Assembly: GCA_017409905.1 (NCBI GenBank)
Contig: JAFQRV010000007.1
Location: forward strand, 28,346 to 92,345
Origin: Bacilli bacterium
GTDB lineage: Bacteria > Bacillota_I > Bacilli_A > ML615J-28 > CAG-313
DNA length: 64,000 bases
Reading direction: 5' to 3'
Shown here: positions 17,965 to 28,830 of the stretch, piece by piece
Layout: every line of letters begins with the position of its first letter
Numbering within the stretch: the first letter of the stretch is position 1
Translations under genes and position numbers: made by a program
Notes under the pieces: model-generated
The model's database searches: none
What the model was told of the DNA's origin: nothing
The model's input: only the letters and a program-made list of their open reading frames with translations

Positions 17965-20900
17965 ATGGGTTACAAAAACAAGCTTTATGGTAAGACAAGA
18001 GTACGTAGAAATTATGCGAGGGTTCTTACTGATGTTAAATTACCAAATTTAATAAAGATTCAAACTGAGTCTTTTCAATGGTTGCTTGATACAGGATTAA
18101 AGGAATTATTTGAAGAGCTTTCTCCAATTACAGATCACAATGATGGAGAAAAATTTGAATTATATTTTTCTGAATATGAATTTGATGAACCAAAATATTC
18201 TATTCGTGAATCTAAAATTCATAGTGTGAATTATTCACGTGCTTTAAAAGTTAATGTTCAGCTTTTAAACAAAGAAACTGGTGAAATCAAAGAAGATAAA
18301 ATTTTCATGGGTGATTTCCCTATGATGACTCCATGGGGTACATTTATTATAAATGGTGCTGAACGTGTAGTTGTTACACAAATTATTCGTTCAGCTGGTG
18401 TATTCTTCTCTAAGGAAATTAATAAGAAGTCTGGTCGTGCAAACTTCAGTGGACAAGTAATTCCAACTCGTGGTGCTTGGATTGAATTTGAATTAGGTAC
18501 TAAAGATATTTGGTATGCTAAATTAGACCGCTCTAAGAAAATTCCATTATCTACTTTCATTCGTGCATTAGGTGTTAAGAGTAATAAAGAGATTATCAAT
18601 TTATTTGGTGATTCTGAATTTATGCAAAATACTTTTGCTAAAGACCAAAGTTTCGGTGAAGATGACGCCATCCGTGAATTATATGATAAATTACGTCCAG
18701 GTGAAAAAACTGGTGCAGATACAGCACGTAAATTTATCGCAAGTAGATTATTCGATGTTCGTAGATACGATTTAGCCCGTGTAGGACGTCATAAAGTAAA
18801 TAAAAAACTTGACGTTGTTCAAAGAGCAATTGGTAACAAGCTAGCTAATGATTTAGTAAATAAATACACTGGTGAAGTAATTGTTCCTGCTGGTACTGAA
18901 ATTGATGCTAAATGGGCAAAAGTATTAGAAGAAAACCGTGAACATTTCCGTATAACAAAAGAATACGAATTAATGTTAGAAGGTAATAGTGTTGTATTAG
19001 AATGTTTAGATGTTTATGTTCGTGGTCAAGAAAATAAACAAGTAGTTCATTTAATTGGTAACGACCAACGTGAAGAAAGATTACACGTTGTATTATCTGA
19101 TATCTTTGCTTCTATTTCTTACTACATTAATTTACATGATGGTGTTGGTAAGATTGATGATATCGACCACTTAGGTAACAGAAGATTAAGATTAATTGGT
19201 GAATTATTACAAAATCAATTTAGAATTGGTCTTGCAAAATTAGAAAAGAATGTTCGTGATAGAATGTCAACATCTGTTGATTCTAGAACAGTTGTTCCTG
19301 TAAATCTAGTTAATATTCGTCCATTATCATCAACTATTCGTGAATTCTTTGGTAGTAGCCAATTATCACAATTCATGGACCAAATTAATCCATTATCAGA
19401 ATTAACTCATAAACGTCGTTTATCAGCTTTAGGTCAAGGTGGTATTTCACGTGATCGTGCTGGTTTCGAAGTTCGTGACGTACATACATCTCACTATGGT
19501 CGTATTTGTCCAGTAGAAACACCAGAAGGACAAAATATCGGGTTAATCAGTTCACTTGCAACTTATGCGGAAGCTAATGAATTTGGTTTCATCCGTACAC
19601 CATACTTAGTTGTTAAAAATAATTATAATACTCCTGAATATAAAAAAGGTATTCATCGTGTAGAAGTTACTCAAGAAACTATTTATTTAACTGCTGATGA
19701 AGAAGAACAATATATTATTGCCCAAGCCAATGTTAATATGGCTGCTGATCCAAATGATCCAGAAAAGATTTTAATTGTTGATGACAAAGTTATCGCAAGA
19801 AAAGCTGGAGAATTTATTGAAGTTAATAAGATGGAAGTTAATTTAATTGACGTTTCCCCTAAACAAGTAGTTGCGGTATCAACAGCTTGTATTCCATTCC
19901 TAGAACACGATGATACTACACGTGCGCTAATGGGTGCGAACATGCAACGTCAAGCAATTCCACTATTAAAACCAGAAGCACCATTTGTTGGTACTGGTAT
20001 TGAATATATCGCTGCTAAAGACTCAGGTGTTGCAATCGTCGCTGATGTTGATGGCTATGTAGAATATGTTGATGGCGCAAGAATAACTGTTGTTGATAAT
20101 AATGGTATTCGCCATGAATATGAATTAAATAAATATGAACGTTCAAATCACTCAACATGTGTTAACCAAAGACCAATTGTTAAACTTGGTGATATTATTA
20201 AAGTTGGTGATGTATTAGCCGATGGTCAATCAATGGACCAAGGTGAATTAGCATTAGGTAGAAACGTTGTTATTGCCTTCATGACTTGGAATGGTTATAA
20301 CTTCGAAGATGCTGTTATTATGAGTGAACGTTTAGTACAAGATGATGTATACACATCAATCCATATTGAAGAATATGAAATCCAAGTTCGTGATACTAAA
20401 TTAGGTAAAGAAGAAATTACTGCTGATTTAGATGGTGAATCTAAAGATTCAATCGCAAACTTAGATGAACATGGTATTGTAAGATTAGGTGCTGAAGTTA
20501 AAGAAGGTGATACTTTAGTAGGTAAAGTTACTCCTAAAGGTCAAACTGAACCAACACCTGAAGAAAGATTAAGTCAAGCTTTATTCTCAGATAATTCAAA
20601 AGATGTACGCGTTACTTCTCTTAAAGTTCCTCATGGTGGAGGCGGTATCGTTGGTAAAATTGAACACTTTACTAGAAAAGAAGGTGCTGAATTACCACCA
20701 TCAGTAAATGAAGTTGTACGTGTATTCATTATTCAAAAACGTAAGATTACTGAAGGGGACAAGATGTCTGGTCGTCACGGTAATAAAGGGGTTATCTCTA
20801 ATATCTTACCAATTGAAGATATGCCATTTATGGAAGATGGAACACCAATTGATATTATGTTAAATCCTCAAGGGGTTCCTTCACGTATGAATATTGGACA

Positions 20901-21558
20901 AGTATTAGAAATCCACTTAGGTATGGCTGCTAAGAAGTTAGGTGTTCATGTTGCTACACCAGTATTTGATGGTCTTGATCATCAAGATTTAGTAGACATT
21001 ATGAATGAAGCTCGAGAATATGAAAGAGTTGAATATGAAAAAGATCCACGTAACTTCCGTGCTCCAGTAGATGAAAACGGTAAGATGTGGTTATACGATG
21101 GAAGAACAGGACGTCGTTTTGATAATAAGATTTCCGTTGGTGTAATGTACATGATCAAACTTGCTCACATGGTTGATGACAAATTACATGCACGTAGTGA
21201 AGGTCCATACACTTTAGTAACTCAACAACCAATGGGTGGTAAAGCCCAAAACGGTGGTCAAAGATTTGGGGAAATGGAAGTTTGGGCACTAGAAGCTTAT
21301 GGTGCAGCACATACATTACAAGAAATGATGACTATCAAGTCTGATGATATCGTTGGACGTAATCGTGTTTATAAAGCGATTGTTGATGGTGATCCTATTC
21401 CAGAACCAGGAATTCCTGAATCATTCCGTGTTTTAATTAAAGAATTACAAGGTTTAGGTTTAAGTGTTAAACTTATTGATAACCAAGGTAACGATGTTAC
21501 TAATGATAGCCTTGTTTCACAATTCGCTGAAGCTCAAGCGGGTAAAAGAGGACTATAA
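17965..21558 (+). CDS. rpoB: DNA-directed RNA polymerase subunit beta
   Basis: ATG at 17965 after GGAAAGGTGGA. Conserved throughout, for example [61 protein letters not shown]. Confidence 0.98.
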   Translation: MGYKNKLYGKTRVRRNYARVLTDVKLPNLIKIQTESFQWLLDTGLKELFEELSPITDHNDGEKFELYFSEYEFDEPKYSIRESKIHSVNYSRALKVNVQLLNKETGEIKEDKIFMGDFPMMTPWGTFIINGAERVVVTQIIRSAGVFFSKEINKKSGRANFSGQVIPTRGAWIEFELGTKDIWYAKLDRSKKIPLSTFIRALGVKSNKEIINLFGDSEFMQNTFAKDQSFGEDDAIRELYDKLRPGEKTGADTARKFIASRLFDVRRYDLARVGRHKVNKKLDVVQRAIGNKLANDLVNKYTGEVIVPAGTEIDAKWAKVLEENREHFRITKEYELMLEGNSVVLECLDVYVRGQENKQVVHLIGNDQREERLHVVLSDIFASISYYINLHDGVGKIDDIDHLGNRRLRLIGELLQNQFRIGLAKLEKNVRDRMSTSVDSRTVVPVNLVNIRPLSSTIREFFGSSQLSQFMDQINPLSELTHKRRLSALGQGGISRDRAGFEVRDVHTSHYGRICPVETPEGQNIGLISSLATYAEANEFGFIRTPYLVVKNNYNTPEYKKGIHRVEVTQETIYLTADEEEQYIIAQANVNMAADPNDPEKILIVDDKVIARKAGEFIEVNKMEVNLIDVSPKQVVAVSTACIPFLEHDDTTRALMGANMQRQAIPLLKPEAPFVGTGIEYIAAKDSGVAIVADVDGYVEYVDGARITVVDNNGIRHEYELNKYERSNHSTCVNQRPIVKLGDIIKVGDVLADGQSMDQGELALGRNVVIAFMTWNGYNFEDAVIMSERLVQDDVYTSIHIEEYEIQVRDTKLGKEEITADLDGESKDSIANLDEHGIVRLGAEVKEGDTLVGKVTPKGQTEPTPEERLSQALFSDNSKDVRVTSLKVPHGGGGIVGKIEHFTRKEGAELPPSVNEVVRVFIIQKRKITEGDKMSGRHGNKGVISNILPIEDMPFMEDGTPIDIMLNPQGVPSRMNIGQVLEIHLGMAAKKLGVHVATPVFDGLDHQDLVDIMNEAREYERVEYEKDPRNFRAPVDENGKMWLYDGRTGRRFDNKISVGVMYMIKLAHMVDDKLHARSEGPYTLVTQQPMGGKAQNGGQRFGEMEVWALEAYGAAHTLQEMMTIKSDDIVGRNRVYKAIVDGDPIPEPGIPESFRVLIKELQGLGLSVKLIDNQGNDVTNDSLVSQFAEAQAGKRGL

Positions 21559-21566
21559 TAGAAGAG

Positions 21567-24500
21567 GTGAGTCATTTGAATAATCGAAAATATCAATATC
21601 TTCAAATTGGAATTGCATCTCCTGAAGAAATTATTTCTTGGGCCAATCCTTTCTTAAGAGAAGAAATCCGTAAAGGTAAAATTCTTCATTACAATCCTTT
21701 ACGTAAAGATAAGATGACTATTTGTGATAAAAATGATAACTTTGAAAAAGAAGTTGATATTAAAGGTGAAGTTAAAAAACATGAAACTATCAACTATCGT
21801 ACTTTCAAACCTGAAAAAGATGGTTTATTCTGTGAAGTTATTTTTGGTCCACAAAAAGATTATCAATGCGCTTGTGGTAAGTCACGTAAGAGCGTAAATG
21901 GAGAAACTAAAATATGTTCAAAATGTGGTGTTGAACTAACTGAAAGTAAAGTTCGTCGTGAAAGAATGGGCTTTATCGCATTAGCTGCACCAGTTGTACA
22001 TAATTGGTATTTAAAGAGTGTTCCAAGTAAAATTGGTGTACTTTTAGATATGAAAACTACACAAGTAGATGACGTTGTATATCGTACTTCTTATATTGTT
22101 ACTGAAGTGTTTGATGAAATGGAAGAAATTCGTGAAGGTATGTTAATTACTGAACAAGAACATGCAGTTTACAAACGTCGTTATCCATTCAAATATAAAG
22201 TTCAAACAGGTGCCGAAGCAATTCGTTATTTACTTCAAAACTTAGATTTAAAACAAACTATTGATGAAATTCATGAAGAACTTCATACTGCTACTAAACA
22301 AAGACGTGAAAAATTAATTAAACGTTTAGAAATCTGTGAAGCATTCGCCCAAAGTCCTAACAAACCTGAATGGATGGTAATGGACGTAATTCCAGTTATC
22401 CCACCAGATCTAAGACCAATGGTTGCCTTAGATGGTGGTAGATTTGCGACTACAGACTTAAATGATTTATATCGTCGTATTATTAACCGTAATAATCGTT
22501 TACGTCGAGTATATGAAGTTAATGCTCCTGAATTAATCGCAAAAAATGAAAAACGTATGTTACAAGAAGCATGTGATGCTTTAATTGATAACACTGGTTT
22601 AAACAGACGTAATAAACGTGCGGTTATGGATAAGAATCGTACTTTAAAATCTTTATCTGATTTATTACGTGGTAAACAAGGTCGTTTTCGTCAAAACTTA
22701 TTAGGTAAACGTGTTGACTACTCTGGTCGTTCAGTTATCGTTGTTGGTCCTGATCTAAAGATGTATCAATGTGGTATTCCTCGTGAAATGGCTTTAATCT
22801 TATTTAAACCATTCATCATTAATTATTTACGCCAACACGAAACAATTAATGGCGAACAAATGAAAGAAAAAGCGGGAATTAAACGTGCTAAAGATTTAAT
22901 CGAACGTGGTGCTCCTGAAGCTATGGAAGCTTTAGAAAAGATTGTTGTTGAACATCCAGTTCTATTAAACCGTGCTCCAACACTACACAGACTTTCAATT
23001 CAAGCTTTTGAACCTAAACTTGTTGAAGGTAAAGCAATTCGTCTTCACCCATTAGTATGTACTGCGTTCAACGCAGACTTCGACGGTGACCAAATGCCAG
23101 TTCACTTACCTTTATCTAAAGAAGCTCAAGCAGAAGCACGTATGTTAATGCTTGCTTCTAAAAACATTTTAGCTCCAAAAGATGGTAAACCTATCGTTAC
23201 ACCATCTCAAGATATGATTCTTGGTAATTACTATTTAACTATTGAAAGAAGACCTCATCCAGAAGTACATGCAGACAATAGATTTAATAGTATCGATGAA
23301 TTATTGGCATCTCCATTTAAAGATGAAGCGCCAATTTATATAGAAACAGAAAAATTCCAACATATTTATGAAACTGTTGAAGAATTAGAAAAAGCCTTAA
23401 AGAGTAAAGAATGTCCATCTGTTGCTAAAGCATATTTACTAAATGAAGGTAAATTATATATGAATCCTAATGAAGTAGAACACGCTTATGAAAAAGGTGA
23501 AATTGATTTCTATTCTCGTATTGCTTTGCCTGCTTCTACATTAAATAAACCATTTGTGCATATTGATCCTAAACTTGCAGAAATCAATCCAGAATTATAT
23601 GCCGAAAAAGTTAAGAAAAATGAAGAATTAACAAAACAATTTATTGTTACTACTTATGGTAAGTTAATCTTTAATACAATCTTCCCTGCTGATTTCTCTT
23701 ATGTTAATGAAGCAGAAGTTAAGAATTTAACTGATGGTACTGATGAAAGATTCTTCTGTAAACATGCTAGTCAAACTAGAATTACAGCTGTTAAATTAGG
23801 ATTAAATCAACCAGTTAAGAAAAAATTCTTAAGTGCAATTATTTCTGAAGTATTTAGACAATCTAAACTTGCGGAAACTTCTAATACTTTAGATAAGATG
23901 AAGGATATTGGTTTCTATTATTCTACAATGGCTGGTATTACAGTATCTGCATTTGACGTTGTTAACATTGAAGATAGAGGCAAAATTATTGCTGATGCTG
24001 AAAAACGTGTTGAACAATATAAACGCTTATATCGTCATGGTCTATTAACAACAGAAGAAAGAAGAAAGAATATAATTGCTATTTGGAATAAAGCAACAAA
24101 AGATATCGAAAGTAAGATTAAAGAAGTCATGGCTTTACAAGCTACTGAAAATGACATCTTCTTGATGGCAGACTCAGGTGCCCGCGGTTCTTCATCTAAC
24201 TTTACACAATTAGCCGGTATGCGTGGTCTGATGGCTAAACCTAATGGGGAATCAATGGAAATCCCAGTTAAATCATGCTTTAGCTTAGGTATGTCAATGT
24301 CAGAATTCTTTATTTCAACTCACGGTGCGCGTAAAGGTTCTACTGATACTGCGTTAAAGACTGCCGAATCTGGTTACTTAACTAGACGTTTAGTTGACGT
24401 TTCTCATGATGTAACTATCACAACAGAAGATTGTGGTACTGATAAAGGTATGGTATTAAAAACACTATATAATGAAAATGGTAGTGTCATTGTTAAGTTA

Positions 24501-25601
24501 AAAGATCGTATTATTGGTCGTTTTGCTTCTAAGAAGATTGAATGGAAAAATCCTGCTACTAAACAAAAAGAAGTTATTTGTGAAAGAAATCAGATTATTA
24601 CTGAAGAAATAGCAAATAAAATCGATGCAGCTGGTATTTTAGAAGTAGAAGTTCGAACATTATTTACATGTGACTGCAAAAACGGAGTTTGCGTTAAATG
24701 TTATGGTTCTGACTTATCAACTACTGAAACAGTTGAAAAAGGTGAAGTTGTTGGTATTATCGCTGCTCAATCAATCGGTGAACCTGGTACTCAGTTAACA
24801 ATGCGTACATTCCACAGTGGTGGGGTTGCCGGTGGAGAAGATATTACACAAGGTCTTCCTCGTATTCAAGAATTATTTGAAGCCCGTGAACCTAAAGGTA
24901 AAGGTATTATTTCAGAAATTGATGGTACAATTACTTCAATTGAACCAGATAAATTTAACCACAATCGATTCAGAATTGTTGTTGAAAGCGAAATTGATAG
25001 AAAAGAATACTTAACTGACAGTGGTAAAAAACCAATTGTTAGTGTTGGTGATACTGTAAAAGCTGGTGACTTAATTGTTGCGGGTATGATTCATCCAAAA
25101 GAATTATTAAGAGTTGCGAATGTCGCGAAAGTTGAAGAATACATTGTTAAAGAAGTTCAAAAAGTTTATCGTGCCCAAGGGGTTGAAATTTCAGACAAAC
25201 ACGTTGAAATCATTGTTAAACAAATGCTTCAAAAAGCTTTAGTAATTCATGAAGGTGATACTCATCTATTACCAGGTAACTATATTTCACATTCAGAATT
25301 ATATACAGTTGTGAAAGAATGTCTTGCAAAAGGTAAACGCCTTCCAGTTGTTAAACCAGTAATTCTTGGTATTACAAGAGCCTCACTTAAAGCTGACTCA
25401 TTCTTATCTGCTGCTTCATTCCAAGAAACTACGCGTGTTCTTACAGAAGCTGCTATTCGTGGTAAGATTGATAGACTTGAAGGCTTAAAAGAAAATATCA
25501 TTATTGGTGGATTAATTCCAGCAGGTACTGGTTTAGTAGAAAACGTTGAAGTAGAAGCATCTAATTTTGATGCTCCAGTATACGAAGTACCTAAAATTTA
25601 A
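21567..25601 (+). CDS. rpoC: DNA-directed RNA polymerase subunit beta-prime (1344 aa, with lineage-specific insertions)
   Basis: Zinc motif CACGK...[14 protein letters not shown] catalytic loop, trigger-loop and bridge-helix regions. The start may be GTG 21567 or TTG 21576, because the SD GAGGTGA overlaps the GTG. Confidence 0.98.
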   Translation: MSHLNNRKYQYLQIGIASPEEIISWANPFLREEIRKGKILHYNPLRKDKMTICDKNDNFEKEVDIKGEVKKHETINYRTFKPEKDGLFCEVIFGPQKDYQCACGKSRKSVNGETKICSKCGVELTESKVRRERMGFIALAAPVVHNWYLKSVPSKIGVLLDMKTTQVDDVVYRTSYIVTEVFDEMEEIREGMLITEQEHAVYKRRYPFKYKVQTGAEAIRYLLQNLDLKQTIDEIHEELHTATKQRREKLIKRLEICEAFAQSPNKPEWMVMDVIPVIPPDLRPMVALDGGRFATTDLNDLYRRIINRNNRLRRVYEVNAPELIAKNEKRMLQEACDALIDNTGLNRRNKRAVMDKNRTLKSLSDLLRGKQGRFRQNLLGKRVDYSGRSVIVVGPDLKMYQCGIPREMALILFKPFIINYLRQHETINGEQMKEKAGIKRAKDLIERGAPEAMEALEKIVVEHPVLLNRAPTLHRLSIQAFEPKLVEGKAIRLHPLVCTAFNADFDGDQMPVHLPLSKEAQAEARMLMLASKNILAPKDGKPIVTPSQDMILGNYYLTIERRPHPEVHADNRFNSIDELLASPFKDEAPIYIETEKFQHIYETVEELEKALKSKECPSVAKAYLLNEGKLYMNPNEVEHAYEKGEIDFYSRIALPASTLNKPFVHIDPKLAEINPELYAEKVKKNEELTKQFIVTTYGKLIFNTIFPADFSYVNEAEVKNLTDGTDERFFCKHASQTRITAVKLGLNQPVKKKFLSAIISEVFRQSKLAETSNTLDKMKDIGFYYSTMAGITVSAFDVVNIEDRGKIIADAEKRVEQYKRLYRHGLLTTEERRKNIIAIWNKATKDIESKIKEVMALQATENDIFLMADSGARGSSSNFTQLAGMRGLMAKPNGESMEIPVKSCFSLGMSMSEFFISTHGARKGSTDTALKTAESGYLTRRLVDVSHDVTITTEDCGTDKGMVLKTLYNENGSVIVKLKDRIIGRFASKKIEWKNPATKQKEVICERNQIITEEIANKIDAAGILEVEVRTLFTCDCKNGVCVKCYGSDLSTTETVEKGEVVGIIAAQSIGEPGTQLTMRTFHSGGVAGGEDITQGLPRIQELFEAREPKGKGIISEIDGTITSIEPDKFNHNRFRIVVESEIDRKEYLTDSGKKPIVSVGDTVKAGDLIVAGMIHPKELLRVANVAKVEEYIVKEVQKVYRAQGVEISDKHVEIIVKQMLQKALVIHEGDTHLLPGNYISHSELYTVVKECLAKGKRLPVVKPVILGITRASLKADSFLSAASFQETTRVLTEAAIRGKIDRLEGLKENIIIGGLIPAGTGLVENVEVEASNFDAPVYEVPKI

Positions 25602-25606
25602 TAAAT

Positions 25607-25632
25607 AAAGCAGCACGATTGTGCTGCTTTTT
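25607..25632 (+). terminator. intrinsic terminator after rpoC
   Basis: Stem AAAGCAGCAC / GTGCTGCTTT, loop GATT, then TT. Confidence 0.85.
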
Positions 25633-25649
25633 AAATAAAAGGAGATTAT

Positions 25650-26042
25650 ATGCGACTAGAAAAATCTTGTGGTGCAGTTATTTTTAAAGATAATTTAGTT
25701 TTACTAGTTCAAAGTAAAAAGTATCATCATTGGTCTTTCCCTAAAGGTCATATGGAAGAAGGAGAAACAGAACTTGAAACCGCAAATAGGGAAATATTAG
25801 AAGAAACCAATATTATTGTAGATATTGATCCTAATATTTATTCTATAATTCAATATTCTCCATTTCCTAATGTATTAAAAGATGTTAAATATTTTTACGC
25901 AATCTATAAAGAAGGTCAAGAGATTCCACAAGATACAGAAATTAGTGATATTTTATGGTTAAGTGTTGAAGATGCAATGAATAAAATTACTTTTGAACAA
26001 GAAAAGAACGTATTAATAGATATTATTAATAAAATCAAATAA
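25650..26042 (+). CDS. NUDIX hydrolase
   Basis: Nudix box GHMEEGETELETANREILEETN (Gx5Ex7REUxEExGU). Confidence 0.85.
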   Translation: MRLEKSCGAVIFKDNLVLLVQSKKYHHWSFPKGHMEEGETELETANREILEETNIIVDIDPNIYSIIQYSPFPNVLKDVKYFYAIYKEGQEIPQDTEISDILWLSVEDAMNKITFEQEKNVLIDIINKIK

Positions 26043-26071
26043 AGAACATAAAATTTTTTATGTTCTTTTTT
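26042..26071 (+). terminator. intrinsic terminator
   Basis: Stem AGAACATAAAA / TTTTATGTTCT followed by a T-run. Confidence 0.75.
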
Positions 26072-26156
26072 CTTTATGTGAATTTTAACTGATTTTATGC
26101 GATATTATTTGATATATTAAGATAAAAATGGTAAAATATAATTGGAAGGTGTTAAT

Positions 26157-26819
26157 ATGAGTATAATAGCGTCTAATTTAAAATTATTAAGAGAAGAAGC
26201 ATCTTTAACTATTGAAGAACTTAGTGAAAAAACCGGTATTAATGTTTCATTAATAGAGGGTTTTGAGAATAATAAATATGTTCCTAATGAATATCAATTA
26301 GAAATTTTATGTAAAGTTTTAAAAATGCCTGCTGATGAAATAGGAGAAAGAGATCTTGTTCTAGAAAGAAAGACTGCAACTTCCAAAATGCGTAGCAAAG
26401 CAAATAGAGAAAACTTTAATTGGTATTTTGGTGATAAGAAACGTTTCATGTTTTACTTGGGATATGTAATGTATTTCTTGTTTGGCATTAGTATATTAAT
26501 TTGGTATTATCTTTATAAATTTGAAGGATTAACAATGGATTCATTAAGAGTCTTATGGATGCAAACATCGTCACTTGGTTTTCCTGGGTTTGTTATTCAA
26601 TTTTTTATTAGTCAAACAAGAATTGGTTTATCCATTTTTGGAATAGGTGTTAGTGTCTTTATATTATTAGATTATTTTTCAAGACATACTTTTGTCTTCC
26701 GAATTTGGTATTTATTCTGGTTTACTACCATTATTTTGTTATTACAATTAATTGGCATCTTTGGTTCTATACCTTATTTCATTTATGTAATTTGTCGTTT
26801 GATTAAACGAAAATATTAG
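26157..26819 (+). CDS. membrane-anchored XRE-family HTH protein
   Basis: ATG at 26157 after GGAAGGTG. N-terminal HTH (LKLLREEASLTIEELSEKTGINVSLIEGFENNK), then four to five hydrophobic helices to the C-terminus. Confidence 0.55.
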   Translation: MSIIASNLKLLREEASLTIEELSEKTGINVSLIEGFENNKYVPNEYQLEILCKVLKMPADEIGERDLVLERKTATSKMRSKANRENFNWYFGDKKRFMFYLGYVMYFLFGISILIWYYLYKFEGLTMDSLRVLWMQTSSLGFPGFVIQFFISQTRIGLSIFGIGVSVFILLDYFSRHTFVFRIWYLFWFTTIILLLQLIGIFGSIPYFIYVICRLIKRKY

Positions 26820-26823
26820 AAAT

Positions 26824-26853
26824 AAAAAAATGATTCAATTTCTTGAATCATTT
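26824..26853. terminator. bidirectional intrinsic terminator
   Basis: A-run, stem TGATTCAA / TTGAATCA, loop TTTC, then TTT. It lies between the convergent HTH-membrane gene and tRNA-Arg. Confidence 0.6.
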
Positions 26854-26864
26854 AGTTTCTAAGA

Positions 26865-26941
26865 TGGCGTCCCAAAAGGGATTCGAACCCCCGACACACG
26901 GCTTAGAAGGCCGTTGCTCTATCCAGCTGAGCTATTGGGAC
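26865..26941 (-). tRNA. tRNA-Arg (anticodon TCT)
   Basis: Reverse complement GTCCCAATAGCTCAGCTGGATAGAGCAACGGCCTTCTAAGCCGTGTGTCGGGGGTTCGAATCCCTTTTGGGACGCCA folds as a cloverleaf by hand. 7-bp acceptor stem, anticodon stem ACGGC/GCCGT, loop CTTCTAA, T-loop TTCGAAT, encoded CCA. Confidence 0.9.
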
Positions 26942-26955
26942 ATTTCAGCATAATT

Positions 26956-26984
26956 ATTATATCAAAAAATATAGTTTTTGTAAA
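26956..26984 (-). promoter_or_regulatory. promoter of tRNA-Arg
   Basis: On the minus strand: TTTACA, 17 nt, TATAAT. The -10 box ends about 14 nt upstream of the mature tRNA 5' end. Confidence 0.6.
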
Positions 26985-27030
26985 GTAAAACAATATAAAA
27001 TTATTATTTATCTAGTATAAAGGAGGAAAA

Positions 27031-28821
27031 ATGAAAATTATTAAGAAATTATTTTCTGTTATTTTAGTCTTTATTTTATTTATTACAACTAGTAGTTGTA
27101 GTTTGGTTAATAAGATAGATCCAGGTGATTTTGATGAATATAGTGCAAGATTACTAGATACACTACTTGGTAATGATGAATTGACTATTCATTATTTATT
27201 TAAAGATAAAGAAGCTATTGGTAAAACGGAAACTGAACTAAGTTTGCCTACACCGGGATCTTCATCTGCTCTTGGAAAGTTAATTATAAATTTATATTTT
27301 GGTCCAATGGCTAATTATAAATATGAAGAATTAAATTTTGATCAAAAAATGACTTTTAATGTAATTATAGATTTACTAGAAAGAATTAATAGTAAAACAA
27401 CAGAAATGTCATATTTAGATAATAACTATTTAGGTTCATATCTGGGGTATCAAGCACAACTTCCAATTTTGTTTCAACAATATCGCTTTGATACATTAGA
27501 AGATATTGAAAATTATTTTGGTTTGATGAAACTTGTACCAGAAACTTTTAAAGAATATTATGAGTATGAAATTACTAAAGCTGATGCAGGATATGGTATG
27601 CCTGATTATGTAATTGATAAAGTTGTTGGTCAATGTGAATCTTTTATTAATACTAGTGATGAACATTTCTTGGTTTCAACATTTGCAGAAAGAATCGAAA
27701 AGTTTGATCTAACTGATGAAGAAAAAACGGATTACATTGAGAGAAATAAAAGTATTGTAGAAAATGAGCTATGTGAAGGTTATGCGTATATAAAAGATAA
27801 TCTTCCAAGTTTAAAAGGAAAAGCTACTAATGAATTAGGTTTAGCTCATTATGTTAAAACCCATGAAGACGGAACTGTAGAAGAAGTAGGAAAAGACTAC
27901 TATGCATATTTATTTAAAGATGCAACTGGTTATGATGATTCTATGGAAGATGCAATTCAGTATATTCAAGAACATTTGGATGAAACTGTTAACAATATTC
28001 GTACAATCTTAAGAGAAAATGAAGGTATTGCGGATGTTGCGGATAATGTTGTATTAATGGATAAGACTCCTAGTGAACAAATAGAATACTACAAGACATT
28101 ATTAAGTGGACATTTCCCTGTTTTAGATAGTTATCCTACTATTGTTATAAAAGATGTTGATAAATCAATGGAAAATAACTTTAGTCCAGCTGCTTATATT
28201 ACATCACCTATTGATTCTTATGAGTTAGAAACAATTTTCTTAAATCAAGCAAAAGTTGAATCAAGTGGTGGAGCTAATTATTTATATACAACTTTAGGGC
28301 ATGAAGGTATTCCAGGACATATGTATCAAAACCTATATTTTAAATCACAAGAAACTAACTTAATTCGTAAAGTTTTAAAAAATAGTGGTTATCAAGAAGG
28401 TTGGGCTACCTATACTGAACTTTATATGTATAATTTTGTTGAAGGTGTAGATGAAAATGTTATTGAACTTTTAAAGAATATGGATATCTTTAGTGGTGTT
28501 TTAACCGCAAGACTAGATATTGGAATTCACTATGAAGGTTGGGATATTCAAAAGGCCTATGAAGAGTTTTCTAAGTACTCATCTAGTTATACAATAGAGG
28601 AATTTACAGAAGTTTATCAAAGATTGGTTGAAGTTCCAACAAATTCTCAAACATATTATTATACTTATTTTAAATTATGTGATATGTATGAAAGAACAAA
28701 AGATGCTTTAAAAGACAAATTTGATCCGACAGAGTTTCATAAGACAATTCTAGATTGTGGACCAGTTCCTTTAAGATTTGTAGAAGTTGTAGTAAATGAA
28801 TATATTGAAAATAATAAATAG
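27031..28821 (+). CDS. DUF885-family lipoprotein (putative metallopeptidase-like)
   Basis: Signal peptide with lipobox ITTSSC. DUF885 signature HEGIPGHMYQ plus downstream GWATYTE. Confidence 0.7.
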   Translation: MKIIKKLFSVILVFILFITTSSCSLVNKIDPGDFDEYSARLLDTLLGNDELTIHYLFKDKEAIGKTETELSLPTPGSSSALGKLIINLYFGPMANYKYEELNFDQKMTFNVIIDLLERINSKTTEMSYLDNNYLGSYLGYQAQLPILFQQYRFDTLEDIENYFGLMKLVPETFKEYYEYEITKADAGYGMPDYVIDKVVGQCESFINTSDEHFLVSTFAERIEKFDLTDEEKTDYIERNKSIVENELCEGYAYIKDNLPSLKGKATNELGLAHYVKTHEDGTVEEVGKDYYAYLFKDATGYDDSMEDAIQYIQEHLDETVNNIRTILRENEGIADVADNVVLMDKTPSEQIEYYKTLLSGHFPVLDSYPTIVIKDVDKSMENNFSPAAYITSPIDSYELETIFLNQAKVESSGGANYLYTTLGHEGIPGHMYQNLYFKSQETNLIRKVLKNSGYQEGWATYTELYMYNFVEGVDENVIELLKNMDIFSGVLTARLDIGIHYEGWDIQKAYEEFSKYSSSYTIEEFTEVYQRLVEVPTNSQTYYYTYFKLCDMYERTKDALKDKFDPTEFHKTILDCGPVPLRFVEVVVNEYIENNK

Positions 28822-28830
28822 AGGTTAAAT

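Noticed and set aside
18258-25501. Antisense or out-of-frame ORFs inside rpoB and rpoC (18258-18671, 18572-18775, 19683-19943, 22283-22594, 24817-25014, 25280-25501)
   Set aside because: They are fully embedded in highly conserved RNA polymerase coding sequence, have no SD and carry no recognisable motifs. They are typical shadow ORFs.
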